A DNA stretch of 64,000 nt. Origin: Raillietiella orientalis. Taxonomy: Eukaryota. A program made the translations under genes and the position numbers. Where the stretch lies: assembly GCA_036172245.1 (NCBI GenBank), contig JAYWIR010000009.1:4278001-4342000 (forward strand). The letters are read 5' to 3'. The notes below the pieces were generated by a model, which did not search any database, was not told the DNA's origin, and saw nothing but the letters and a program-made list of their open reading frames with translations. The stretch's first letter is position 1; each line of letters opens with the position of its first letter. Below are positions 40,449 through 52,329 of this stretch, one piece after another.

Positions 40449-41083
40449 CAATAACTCTCAACAATCGTTGCTAACTGGGGGGGGGGCCTTGCCAACTGAC
40501 CACGGCACGAATCCTCGAATGTTCCAGTAGCGCCTCGAAGGACGCCTGTGTGCGTGGGTGGGTGTTTTTTTTTTTTTTCACGGGGAGTTCGGTACTATTG
40601 GCTTAGAATGATGAAAATCCTTCTGTATTCTCCTGCTGCTTTTCTCTCACCTTTTTTTTTTTGGTTCCCAAGGTACTCAAGAGGGAGGGAGGGAAGGGGA
40701 AAGGGGGGCAGGGGCTCATGAAGCTCTCTAACACTGTGCAAGCTACCCGAGGGTGCGTGTAACTCTTCAAGCTGTAGGGGGTAACCTGCTGAGGGACCAC
40801 CCCATGAATGTAACGGAAGTCCGCAGAGTCATGGAGGGAGTCCGGTCCTCTCTTACGGTTGGGGGGTAATCCCGAAGAGAACCACCCTTCCCCATTCTCT
40901 CCGGAGGGATCTCCCGGACGGCGGCCGCTCCCCAAGATATATGAAGGGCGCTTCTGTAACACTCGGAAGAGGCGACCTCCCGAGGGGAGCACCAGCCACC
41001 ATGCAATAGACAATAACTCTCAACAATCGTTGCTAACTGGGGAGGGGGGGGGGGGCGTTGTCAACTGACCACGGCATTAATCC
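40449..41083. repeat. ~65-70 bp direct repeats (40449-40514, 41011-41083) enclosing a minus-strand family B copy (40615-40990)
   Basis: CAATAACTCTCAACAATCGTTGCTAACTGGGG is identical in both copies; the B core reads CACGCACCCTCGGGTAGC on the minus strand. Confidence 0.85.
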
Positions 41084-41283
41084 ATGGTACGCGATGAACG
41101 GCTTCTTTTTCCCACAGCCGGAGGGGATTCCTGGAAGGACCCCAGAGGGTCAACCTCAAGCCCCGGTCATTCAAAGGGTCATCCGGTTTCCACTAGTGCC
41201 CAGCCAACTGAGGCCAACCAGCGTCATCTTGCAGGAGGAACTCGAACCCACGACGCACCTCCCCGTTCTCGGCGTCGATCCTT

Positions 41284-41380
41284 CCCCGGGCGGGATTCGA
41301 ACCCGCGAAGGAGAGAATCCCGAAAGGACGCTTCAGCTGCAAGAGGCGCTGCAGCTTCAACCGGCTCGGCGCCGCACCGC
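41284..41380 (-). other. tRNA-like T-arm/B-box fragment (possible SINE remnant)
   Basis: GCGGG-TTCGAAT-CCCGC perfect T-arm; only a weak A-box upstream and no full cloverleaf. Confidence 0.3.
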
Positions 41381-41599
41381 CGCCAACGCGGGCATCTGCT
41401 TCGGAAGATCACAGTCCACAGCACCACGTGGCACGTTTCCGGGAATTCGCCGACAGAGGTCGCGAGGCTGCGTCCCCAGTCCTTTTCAAGATGGCAGCGA
41501 CGGGTCCGGGCCGGGATCCTGCCCGCAGGCGGTGGCCGCCGACGCGGGCAGCACCTCTCGAAGGAACGGAAGGAGTTTGTTCTCTTCCGACCTCCTCCC

Positions 41600-41880
41600 T
41601 GAACGACGTGAGATCCCTGCAGCATGCATTCGGTCCAGCACGTGAGGACGCTCATCTCGTCACGTAGCGGGTGTAGGAGAGAACGTGACCCGCGTGCTGT
41701 CTGCCCCTTGCACGTTCCGCCACAGCGGAAGAAGAGCCGACCTCGGAGGGGAGCGCCGGCACCGGTTTCAACACTCGAGCGTTCCGGGTTCGCGGCTTCT
41801 TCCGGATCTACGGAGCGCGCGAATGCTGGCACGCGAAAGCAACGCGGAGGGATGCCGGAAGAGGGGACGGGCGAAGCGCG
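41600..41880 (-). pseudogene. Degenerate SmydA-like post-SET fragment
   Basis: RVPAFARSVDPEE...LRGRLFFRCGGTC. Confidence 0.45.
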
Positions 41881-42199
41881 GCCTCGGAAATAAGTCCGCA
41901 GAGATGCCGCAATGCGTAGGTGCTCCTGCCGAATTTTTCGTCGCGCACGTGGAAAGCCCGGGAGAGGAAGCGACGGCGGAGGATGACCTTCGACCTCCCG
42001 ACCGTGGATCCACGCTGAAGTCGGGTCGCACCTCACCGTGGAAGATCAGTTGGGGGCGAGGCGAGAGAGACGAGCGACGAGACAGCTCGCACCACGATGG
42101 CGAGAGGGACCGGCTACCTAGGGCCCCTTCGCGCGCCATTGCCATGCCCGGATCGTGAAGTGGTTCCTGCGACTCTTAGCCGTCCACAGCATTTCCCGC

Positions 42200-42868
42200 A
42201 TTCCGACACCTGTTTCCACACAGGATGCGCCCCTCCACTTGAAGTGGCAGGAGTCGGCGCTGCTGCTGCTGCACTGAAGCCTCCCGTGCCACGCTCGCGA
42301 GAATTCCCGAACCTGGAGAGGGGAGTGGACTCGGGTGCGGGTGCGGGGAGCAAGAATCTTGTGGACTGTGCTGCCCTTCGGCCTCCCTGGGAACGTTTCG
42401 CCGGACCCTTGGAACTCCCGGCGGCAACTCCAGCGACGCTCTCAAACCCCTCTTCATCCACGACACACTTCTGCTGGCAACTCCCTGCTGCCTGCGCGGG
42501 ACTGTAGCTGCCTGGAGCGACTCAAGATGATGACGGAGCGACAGCGATGTCATCCACTCTGCCTCCTCCTCCATGAAGATAGCAACGAGATGGCTTCACC
42601 TGAAAAACCTTGCTGGCATCCTGCAAAGGATGCAGAGGACCGTTCCCAGCAGACTGTGACCCCTTCCCGGACCCCCTTCCAAATTTGTTTTATTGTTATT
42701 TTGTTTGGCCTCTCCCCTCTGCTGTCGTGGTAGACCTCATTGTTCTGCGAACTGGTAAAACGGCAAGTTAGATCCAAAAAGGGTGGAGTTGAACCAGTGG
42801 TCCAACCACAGAAATTGTAAATGTTTATTTTATTCTTAAATAAACGCCCCTGGGAACCCGGGTGAAAA
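42200..42868 (+). mobile_element. 5'-truncated L1/Tx1-type LINE, family A
   Basis: ALLLLH.SLPCHAR.., LVDCAALRPPWERF, LAGILQRMQR, AATAAA at 42839 and CGCCCC..CCCGGGTGAAAA end. Confidence 0.75.
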
Positions 42869-43022
42869 CTCCCAGGGCACCTCCCATCTTGAAGAATTAC
42901 ACGCACCCTTGCGTGGCATGGAATAGCGTCAAAGAGCTGCGCGGGTCTCCGGTGAGCGACGGTTCCTTAGGGACCAAAAAAAAAAAAAGCTGGAAGAAAA
43001 ACAGCGAAGACGGAAAAGAACC
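42869..43022 (+). repeat. Family B repeat, partial copy
   Basis: TTGAAGAATTACACGCACCC core, A-tract, AAAACAGCGAA..GAAAAGAACC tail. Confidence 0.75.
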
Positions 43023-43469
43023 GAAAAGGATTTCCATTATTCTGAGGCAGTGTCTCAGGGAAATTCTTGACCTTAGGGCTCAATAGATGTGTTTTTTTTT
43101 TCCTTGAAACTTCGAAATGGCTGCTTTGATTGGAACGAATCAGCAACGCGGTTTGACGACGAAGCGATTTGTGGGGGGAGAGGGGGAGGGCGAGCCATGG
43201 CTGACGTGACGCACAGAAAGCATCACCCGAAGAAACCAAGGAGATGGAAAAATCTCAACTTCAGGGTTCGCAGTCCTCGTGTTTTTTTTTTTTTTTTCCT
43301 GTCATTGAGGAGATGGATGATGGTTTGCACCCCAAGGGGGTTCCTTTCGGATCCAGCACGCTGGCTCGGGATCGAATGCCGACATCCTTGTTGACCAATC
43401 AGCTGCGTGCTTCCTTTGACAGTTTCTCCTCCGCGGCTTTCCCACGTCCGAGAGCGAGGCACTCCTTCC

Positions 43470-43700
43470 GTCTCTGCGGTGAGAACGTACTCTGAAGCTT
43501 CCCAGAGATGGTTCTCAGCGTTGCGGGACAGCGACCTGATCTGCCACGCCACCATCCACGTTGCCGTAGCCGCACCTTGCTGCATCGGGAGGTGGCCGGC
43601 CATGGGAAGGCAGCGACTGCCCTTCCGCTCCGGCATCTCCCCAGTTTCGTAGTTCCGAGAAGCCGCGTTTGTTTGCCACGTCCGGTGCTGCTTCTCCGCG
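43470..43700 (-). pseudogene. Degenerate SmydA-like SET-N/MYND fragment
   Basis: AASRNYETGEM, RCL, frameshifted RCSK-CG, NHLWE. Confidence 0.4.
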
Positions 43701-43849
43701 AACGACAACCCGCTCAGAACAGCTTCCGGACCAAAGCGGGTCGTCGGGGCCGGCGCGCCCATGGAACACACAGGATGAAACCTGATGCTTCCGGAGCGCT
43801 CCCGGGAGACGAGAGTCGATTCCCATGGCGCGCGGAGGGATCCTCGGGT

Positions 43850-46200
43850 CTCGAAGGCGCCCACGCTGTTTCTCAACCGGTCCTTGGTTTCGCACACAGC
43901 ACGATCCACGCCATTCCTCGGGAGACCGTCGCTCCTTGCAGGGGTGCCAAGCATCTCTTCTTTCACGTTTTCCCTCTCGTCGCCTCGATGCTCCTCCTCC
44001 GCCCACGGTTGGGATCCGCGCCGCTCTACTCCGCTCAAAAAAAAAACTCTTCTGAGTTGCTCTTCGGCGTGCGTCTCGACCGCTTCGCTCAGCATGCTTC
44101 CGCCACAAGTCGGATCCATGTAAGCTCCCAGATGAGAGTTCATCCGAAAATACCACTGGATGGTGGTAGTGGATGAAAGAAGGATCCAAGTTTGCGGTCT
44201 TTTTTACGTGTCGAACTCGAACGGCACGATGAGCTGTCGCCGATGAGGAACGGAAAACGGACAGCAGCAACACCTTCGTCACCAGCGACCAGAATACATC
44301 CGCGCTCTCTCTCTGTACCTCTGGGGATGCTTGTCTGAATTCTAAACGCATCCCGTGCAACAATATGGCCTTGCCACGCTGTAGCTCTTGCAAAAATGTT
44401 TGGTATTGCAGCAAAGAGCACCAGAGATGAGACTGGGAAGAGGTGCAAGAACGAACGCTGCGACGTACAGAGTGGAGGCTGACCAGAAAGTAGGCCGCCA
44501 CCTGATCGCTTCCCAGTTCTTGGAGGCGGGAGGCGGGCTCTCCGGCGATGATGGACGAACCGCGCCCACAGTATGGCGGCCTGCTGGAGAAGCTTATTGT
44601 CTTGGATGCTTGTTCTGGATCACAGCAGTGGAGCGCCGTTGAGGAAGCTGCGGTTGGCCCCTGAGCGGTTCCTGCTGCGAATCCAGTGCCCCCTACGCCT
44701 GCCAGAGTCCGGACGTTCTCCAAACACGTAGCGCGGTATTCTTCGTTTCCCCGTAGAAGACAACTGGACGACTCCTCTGCCGCGCTTTCGCATCGAGGGA
44801 ACAAGATCCCGGCAAGTGGGAGCAGATGTCAGCATGGAGAGCCACCATGACAACTAGGAAAAAATTTCTCTTCCTGGAGGTCCACTGCTGCCGAAGTTTC
44901 ATTCGCTCTTCCCCGAAGAGGTGTTTCCTGAGAAGATGGTCCGGAGAATGTGGAGCTGTCGCCGATGAGGAACGGGAAACGGACAGCGGCAACACCTCAG
45001 TGCCAGTGGCCGGAAGGCATCCGCGCTCTCTCTGTACCTCTGGCAATACTCATCTGAATCCTATCACGGCCGAATTCATGAATTACGAAATTTCGAAATG
45101 CTCATTCTTTTTTTTAATTGGAACTCTTCCTTCATCTCTATTTTTCCTTTTTCCAGTTGAAAAAGCTCTTTGTGAAAAAAGGGGGGGGGAAAGGAGAGGG
45201 CGATGAACGTCTGATTTCCCCTGTGCGATCTGTGGATCTGCTGCTGCCCACGGAGCAGAGAGATTTATCATCAAGTTCGGCAGCACGAGTGTGCACAAGG
45301 ACCAACGCGTTCTTCCAACGCCTTCGAAGCGCTGCATCCTCAAGTGCCCGACCCCACTTTTTACCATCATCTCAGCAGGAATAAAATAAAAAAGGAAAAG
45401 AAAAGATGCGGATTCTGCGTTCTCTGAAGAGTACGAAAATCCGAACTTCTCCTCCGGCATAGAACCCGACCCACTCGAAACATTTTCCTGCGGAGCTACT
45501 TTCACCCTACAAATCTTGGTCCAGTGGGAAGCGATCACACGGGGAGGGGGGGGGGACCTCGCTCTTGGTTTTCGTAGAAAGGAACGACCTTCCAAGAAAA
45601 ACTCAAAAAGCAAGTGCAGGCGGCTCCCTCGCACAAGCTGACCATTTTACGAGCGGTTCCTCGGCGGATGCGAAGGTGCAAACGTCTCGTGCGCACCGTG
45701 TCTGGAAGACAACACGTCAAAGCCTCCCGCCCGCTTCCGCGCTTCGCAAGCGGGAGCGGGCAGGGAGGTGTGATGCCACCTGTCCAAGCAGGCCTGGAAA
45801 ACCCCGCCGACCGCAAAGTCCTTTTATCTCGAGGGCCCAGCAGCGACAGACAGCCTTTAGAAATCGGAATTGACCTTTCCACCAGATGGCTCTCAGGTAT
45901 ACCGACGCGTTGCTGCCAGCTCGCACATCCAAGAGTAAGCAATGGGAACGTTCCGTGAGTCCCTTGCAGGGATTCGTTTTGGGAAGGACTGCAAAGTTCC
46001 AGGACTGCAGGAAACGTCCTTACATTCGTGCACTTGGTCCACAGAAACCTTCTCGTTTCAGACTTCCGGTGCGATGCTGCGACCTGCGTGAATCCTGCCT
46101 TCCCCGAATGCCCCATTTCGGGAAATCGAAGCAAAGAGACACGCGTGTGCTTCTGTTTGAATGTTCGTCCTCCTCCGCAAACGCGAACGGGGAAGCTCCG
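43850..46200 (+). pseudogene. SmydA/msta-like SET-MYND pseudogene(s); best-preserved copy 44329-45080
   Basis: MYND RCSSCKNVWYCSKEHQR*DW (stop 44428-44430); YRVEADQKVGRHLIASQFLEAG; YCLGC..SCGWPL; REQDPGKWEQM; MESH; IRAL-Y..LN; downstream DFRCDAATCVNP near 46060-46100. Multiple stops and frameshifts. Confidence 0.8.
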
Positions 46201-48397
46201 TGCTCGAGTTGCTGTGGAGCCTCCCGGATGTTAAAAAGGAAACGCATCCGTGGAGCGGCTGCTTTGGCCATCACAAAACACAGAGATGGGAAACGTTGCC
46301 AGTGGAGCTGGCAACGGGAGAGTGCGTGGCTGGGACGCATGCTCTGGACTGCCAACGGCGGCAGTCGACGGCAAAAACGTGGCTTCAGGATCACCTCATC
46401 GTGCGTCGACGCGCTAACGTCTCGCACCACACTGGGGAGACGATACCATGCAAGAGCTGTCGAGGTCTTGAGCCTCGAGAAGCGCTTCCCGAATTCCGGA
46501 ACAGCATCTGAAGGAACGAGCTGTAAGGCAGCCGCTGCTGATTCGACTGGTTCTTCGTTTGAGGAGTGCCGTTTGTTCTTTCCCACCTCGCCTCACCTCA
46601 CTCAGACATCCGGTGTTCCAAGCAGACTCCAGTCACCGTTTGCCTGTGGGTGGCTCGGTTTCTTGAGGTTCCGGGTGCAAACAGGGGAATGTCCTTCCTT
46701 TCAATCCGGGATTAAGGCAGAAAGACTCGCTGAAGCGAGTGGAGCGAGTGCTGACAAACCTCCCCAGCGACCGGAACAGCTTGGTGGGGACAGGTAGCGA
46801 TGGCTCCGCCACTGCTCGCGAAAAGCCACAGACTGGCGGAGCGCTGAGCAACAAACCAAGAAGTTTCCAAGGGCATCAACCCGCAAAGTTTCCAGTTGTG
46901 CCAAGAACACCTTTGGACACGGTACGTGACGTAGTTAAGCCAGCGATAACCAAAGCGTACTCATTTCCCAAGCAATCGCGTTCTCAATTGCTGTCAGCTT
47001 TAAGCGGCTTCCATGCGAATCGCAGGCGGCACGTGAGCGTTCCCGTTGAGCTTTGCTGAACGTCGAAGAAGAAGAGGCGGGAGGGATCCGGTTCCCGCAG
47101 ACATCGAAGGAAAGACGGGTACCCGGAACGGGGAAGAACGTGGGGCCTTGCGCGCCACCATTTCTGGTGGTCCCCACCACTTCGTGGCCCTGCGCGCGCT
47201 TATTTTGTTTAGACCAACTTTCTTCGTAGGATTATGGATGATTCCTAGGAGAATGAATGGAATAATTTTTTTCATTTCATTTTTGGTCCAGCATTCGTTG
47301 AAGATATCTGGTTGCTGTAAACATATTTTCCATTCATTGATTGGCAAGTGTGGCTGAATTTGCTTATCGTTTTTTCTTTTTGTGAGCACGTAAGCGCGTT
47401 ATTTGACCAGTAAAGATGACTTTGTTATTTGACTTTGCTATCGCGATGTCTTTCACCTTTGTTAATTTATTATAGAATATTTTCCTTAATTAATTGTGTC
47501 GTTTAAACTTGTGCAGTACAAATCTGTTCAGAGTTTGGAATTATTTACGGATCGTGCTCGGAAGTTTACCTATTTTATCTTGTCATCCTGTTCCGATTGC
47601 TCTCTTGGTATTATTGCAGATACGTTATCCTAAAACAACTTACAATGAACTCGTATGCTAATATAAGATTCTTTGTAACGTTTTTCCATTGTGATATTTG
47701 GTTCCTCGCTCCAAACTAAATCACATCGAATCTTTAAATTACATCTAAGGGTCGTGCTGGCTTTTTTTTTCTTGGTTTCACATCCACGATTGCTCCGTTT
47801 TTGTTGGAGAATTAAAAAGAAAAAAACAAACAAAAAAAAAAGATTTCTTCAGCAGTTGTTTTTACGGGCATTTTTTGACATCTCGAGGAGACTTTTTCCA
47901 AAGGTTTACCTTCTGCAGGAGGAGTTGAAAAATTAATTGGTTTCTTCGTGGGAAATCGTTTAAGAGCAGCCGCTGTAATATGCTTCATGCAGATTTTTCG
48001 AAGCAGAAGTGAGGTTGGAGCTTTTGAAGTTCTTGAACAGTCTTTGGACCATTCCAGTGATTCATGTGAGCGTGGCAGAAGGGGTGAATTTGTGCAACGT
48101 GGACATTTTTGTGCAAGAAATTTCATCGATGTTCTTTTTATCGTGGCATCGAATGTTTGCAGCTGACAACTGAATGCTAGTCTGTTCACTGGAAGTGGTT
48201 TTTCATGCACAGTGAAATGTTCTTCAAACATGCATGCCTGTAAGGTGACCGTGTCAGCACAGCTTCACCCAAAGACTCGTTGCTTTCGTGCTATATGTGC
48301 ATTTCGTGCCTTTATTAAACTGATTGGAAATATCGATTATTTGTAGTAAGTTTAACTGGCCTTGTGTAGACCACACTTTAGACCACGAAGTGCAAAC

Positions 48398-50998
48398 ATG
48401 AATCCCGGAACCCACGAGCGCCTGTTTGAAGATTCCACTATTTCTGAAATAAAGCTTTTGCTTAAAAGTCTACAAAATGAAATTGAAGAAAAAAAGGAGG
48501 GCGTGAAACAGCAAGTTAGGTAAAAAAAACACACACACACCTACACAAAAATAAAAGACTAACACTTGTAGCCCATACCTCTTGCATGAATCGTACGTTT
48601 TTTTAATTATTTTCTTCACATTGTAGCTTAAAGTATCAAGATGTCATCTCAGCAATTGATGCAATATGTTGCATGCAAGGTATACCAGAAAAAGTTCTCG
48701 AAACTTTGGAAGATGACTTTATTCAAATCAGTTCCTTGAGTTCTTACAATGTAATTAAGGATGAGAAAAACACAAACTGCCTTACATTATATGACCAACT
48801 AAAAGAGATTGTAGCATTACCAGAGATAATTCATGAGAGTTTGAGAGAAAAAGATTGTTTGAAAGCAGCTTTGGCCTACTTGGCATTTACCTCTGTGCAT
48901 AAGAGTAGGTAAAGATGTCATACATGAAATTATGTTACTGAATATTCTAATTTATGATTCATGTTAGACAAAGCACATATTAAATTCCTCGATTATGAAG
49001 AATTTGTAATAACTGGATTAGATGAAACCATTTTGGATCAGTGTGTGCAAATTCTGTCCCTTCAAACATGGACAGCAGAACATTTTCAAGACTGTCTTGT
49101 AGCCATTGTTTTACTCAGAAATCTCTCCTTTGAAGAGACATTGCATGAGTTTCTCCTTCTAAGAGCAGAAGCATGCCAACATATTTTTGAGTCCCATAAT
49201 CTGTGTTCCCAGCTGTTAGATTTGATTAGTTGGTTTACTGATGTAACATATGCAATTCATAAATATTTTGTTCAAGGAGAGCTGCTCCAGCTGCTTCTTT
49301 CCGTGATACAAGCTCCTTTTACTGTCTTAAGTGTACTAGAGAAGTGTCCAGATGGCATTCAAATCCTTGCTTTGTCACAGCTAGATAATTTCTCTAGATT
49401 ACCAGAAACTATTATATGGCAGCAAACCTGGCTGTGGCTGCAAAATACTCTGCAGAGGTGTTTGGCAAAAATCCAAGCTGGACTGGTGTATGTTTCTTCT
49501 ATTCAAGGATTGTCAGTCATAAAGCAAAGTATAATTTCCCACGAACAGCAAAATGTGGAAAATGAAAAGTGGCAGAAAGTGTGCAGAGATGTATTTGATC
49601 AGGATGTTTCCATTTGGAAATTATTTCTGGAGCCACTTTTTATGAAACATGTTCTGCATTTAACAGAAGAGCATATAAATTCCACCTGTGCAGCTGTGTA
49701 CCATGAAGTTCAGTGTGCCCTTCAAGAAGAATGGCAAGCTCATGTACCTGATGTTCACATGGGCTCTTTTTTGTGGAAGGACAATCAGCTGGAATCTTTT
49801 AGCAAACTAAATGAAAAGATTTCTGGAAAAACGCCTTATCTTCTGAAAGTTTTGCACCTTTTGGAGATGCAGATTAAAGATTTAGAAGCAGATTTTCAAC
49901 CATACTTATTAACAATCTCTGTGGTAGAATCACAGCTCAAACAAAATGTAGGCTGTATTGTGCTACAGAAATTAGAAGAGTAAGTGCAATTTTAGCAGAA
50001 TTTTTGTTGAGGGATTGTAGAATGGTCCTGTCATTCAAGTCCCTAAAAACTGAGGACACAAAAGCTGCCATAATTAGAGCCAAAATGGGGTATTTAGCTC
50101 GCATGTGCCATAATTTCAATTTGCTGCTTCACAAAATACTCCCAATTTTTTTCGGAAGTATCCGCTCAGCAGAAACAACATCCTCAATTAAGCAACTTAG
50201 AAATACATTTATGGAGGCCAAAAAAGAGTATCTGAATTCCTGGGTACAGATAGTGTTACAAGAATTAGCAGAGTATCTTCAGAATTTCCAGTTTAAGGAT
50301 GAAGTTCTTTTTGGACTTGCTGTACATCCTGTAAGGACTATTGTGAAAAGCTATATTATTAACCTTCTTTTGCTTACTTCAGCACTGGAATAAAATAGAA
50401 GTGGAGGAACAAGATGCAGAAGGAGAAAAACTTCACTATACACTGCACCTTCCAGATCAGTGTTCAAACTGGATGGCACAAGCACTGCTTCAAATGTGTC
50501 AGCAAATTAATCAAATGGGTTTGTTTCTTCTAAATCAGAAACTCCTCCAGGAACTATTAGAACAAGCTGTTTTACAAATATTTCAACAAATGAACAGTTG
50601 GTTTGAGAAAAAACTGTGTACCCAATCTGTAGCTGTTCAGATGTGGTTCGATCACCAGTTTTTGTTAGAAATGCTAAGTAGAACTATGTCTGCAGAGTTA
50701 GAAAAAGAAGCAGCTAACCTAAAAGTCAAATTGGAAGCTCAGATCGATCCATTTGACCTGAGTATTTTCAGTCCTCATCTGACTAGAAATGTTAGTCGAG
50801 CAATGCAGAGATCACAGGTTCCTTTATTATTCCATTATTGGGGAATGATTCACTGTTACTTAGGTGCTGTATGATGTTCTGCTGCCTTCATCAACATCCA
50901 TAGCAACAGTTCCTACATTTGCTGATGAAGACCACAATTTGCTGCTAGCAAACCAAAAACTGCCTCGATTTGGGCTTTTGCCTGTGGTACATGCATAA
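48398..50998 (+). CDS. COG1: Conserved oligomeric Golgi complex subunit 1
   Basis: Exons 48398-48519, 48627-48904, 48968-49979, 50021-50330, 50383-50817, 50864-50998 (all GT-AG). N-terminus LFE..ISEI..EIEEKKE.V..KYQDVISA.D; C-terminus IDPFDLSIFSPHL..N..QRS and PRFGLLP match COG1. Confidence 0.88.
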
Positions 50999-52045
50999 GT
51001 CTTCAACAAAGATATCAATAATGTAAACAGATGTGCCTGAGTGAATCCATGCCACTTTGTGTAATGTAGACACATTACTTTTGTGGTTTGTTATGTGCTT
51101 CCAGAGGATAACATTGGTTCTGAATTATATAACTATGTACCCACGGAAATTTCCTTTCTCGTTAATGCTCAACATAAGATGACACATGAATGAATATACA
51201 AATCAGGTCAATTTTTATTTAAAAAAGTTTAAGCCCAGTACAGAAAGACAAAAACCTCTTTTTATGATAAATACTTACAGCATTGCAGAAAGTAGCGAAT
51301 TCCGGCATTAAAAAAAGGTTCCAGTTTTCTATTATGGTTTAGGTGCCAGATTTTTAAAAGAAACATTTTCCTATGTACACCTTGCAAAACAATAAGAAAT
51401 AGAACCATTGGAACCATTCGAGCAAGTAATTTTCTTATCCAGAATCCTCAAACGTTTCTTGAATGTGTGAAACCGGAAGAATGGCCACACGCATTCTTAA
51501 TAGAAATCCGAGTACTAATTTTGATGAAAAGTGAGCAGTCTGCGGGAAGTCAAAATTTTTTTCGAGGGCGAGAAACGCCATACAGTGTCATGCAGAAAGG
51601 TAAATACACTCAGCCCACACTACGTTCGACACCGAACTAACCTAAAATTCTGGGACGATTTTAAATAAAGTAGAGGTTTTATTGCGAACAAATCGATGAA
51701 TAAATTTCAAATTTGATGATTAATAGCAATTGATGAGTATGAATGCTATTAATCATCGTGCTAAACTTCAGTGACTCAATATCAGAAGTTGAATTAGGAT
51801 GCATCGAATTCCTTATTCCAAAGGAAACGAAAAGTGACATTTGCAGTTTAATCAACGCTTTAGAAATACATCCCACAGCCAAGAACAACTTCCCTCGCCC
51901 CTTCCCCTTCAAAAATTATCATCTGAGTGTTGATATCTACATGTGAAAGTTGCACTTCCCCCATTAATTTACGACTGTAGCAATGTCTAGGGATAACTGA
52001 AGGCAACGTTCCGGCTTACAAAATACGACATGGTACATGTTAAAC

Positions 52046-52159
52046 CTTACAAGAGAGCAACTGGTCAGGCCAACGTTTACACCGAGCCTCCCGATCGTCT
52101 CAGCTGGCTACGACTACTCAGAGAGGTCAGATTGGCCTGACCAGTTGCTCTCTTGTAAG
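52046..52159. repeat. Perfect 28-bp inverted repeat with 58-bp spacer
   Basis: CTTACAAGAGAGCAACTGGTCAGGCCAA (52046-52073) and its exact reverse complement (52132-52159). Confidence 0.9.
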
Positions 52160-52329
52160 TTCTAACAGTCAGCTAATAGCATGTAGTATTTCTCGGCGCA
52201 GAGCAGAGCAAGTGGGTATATAAAGTTGGGTTTCCCCGTCTCCACGCACCATGCAGAGCTCGTCTTGCGGTTTCTTTCGTCCTCAAGCCACCGTCCTCAT
52301 GCCTCCGTGGCAAAACATAAGCAGGTCAT

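Noticed and set aside
41284..41380. Intact tRNA gene
   Set aside because: Only the T-arm is good; no acceptor, D or anticodon arms.
43515..44804. 429-aa minus-strand ORF and other long GC-rich ORFs (e.g. 43223-44143, 45886-46797, 8424-9263, 41224-42036)
   Set aside because: R/S/P/G-rich with no coherent domain; best explained as chance or antisense frames over decayed SMYD and LINE sequence.
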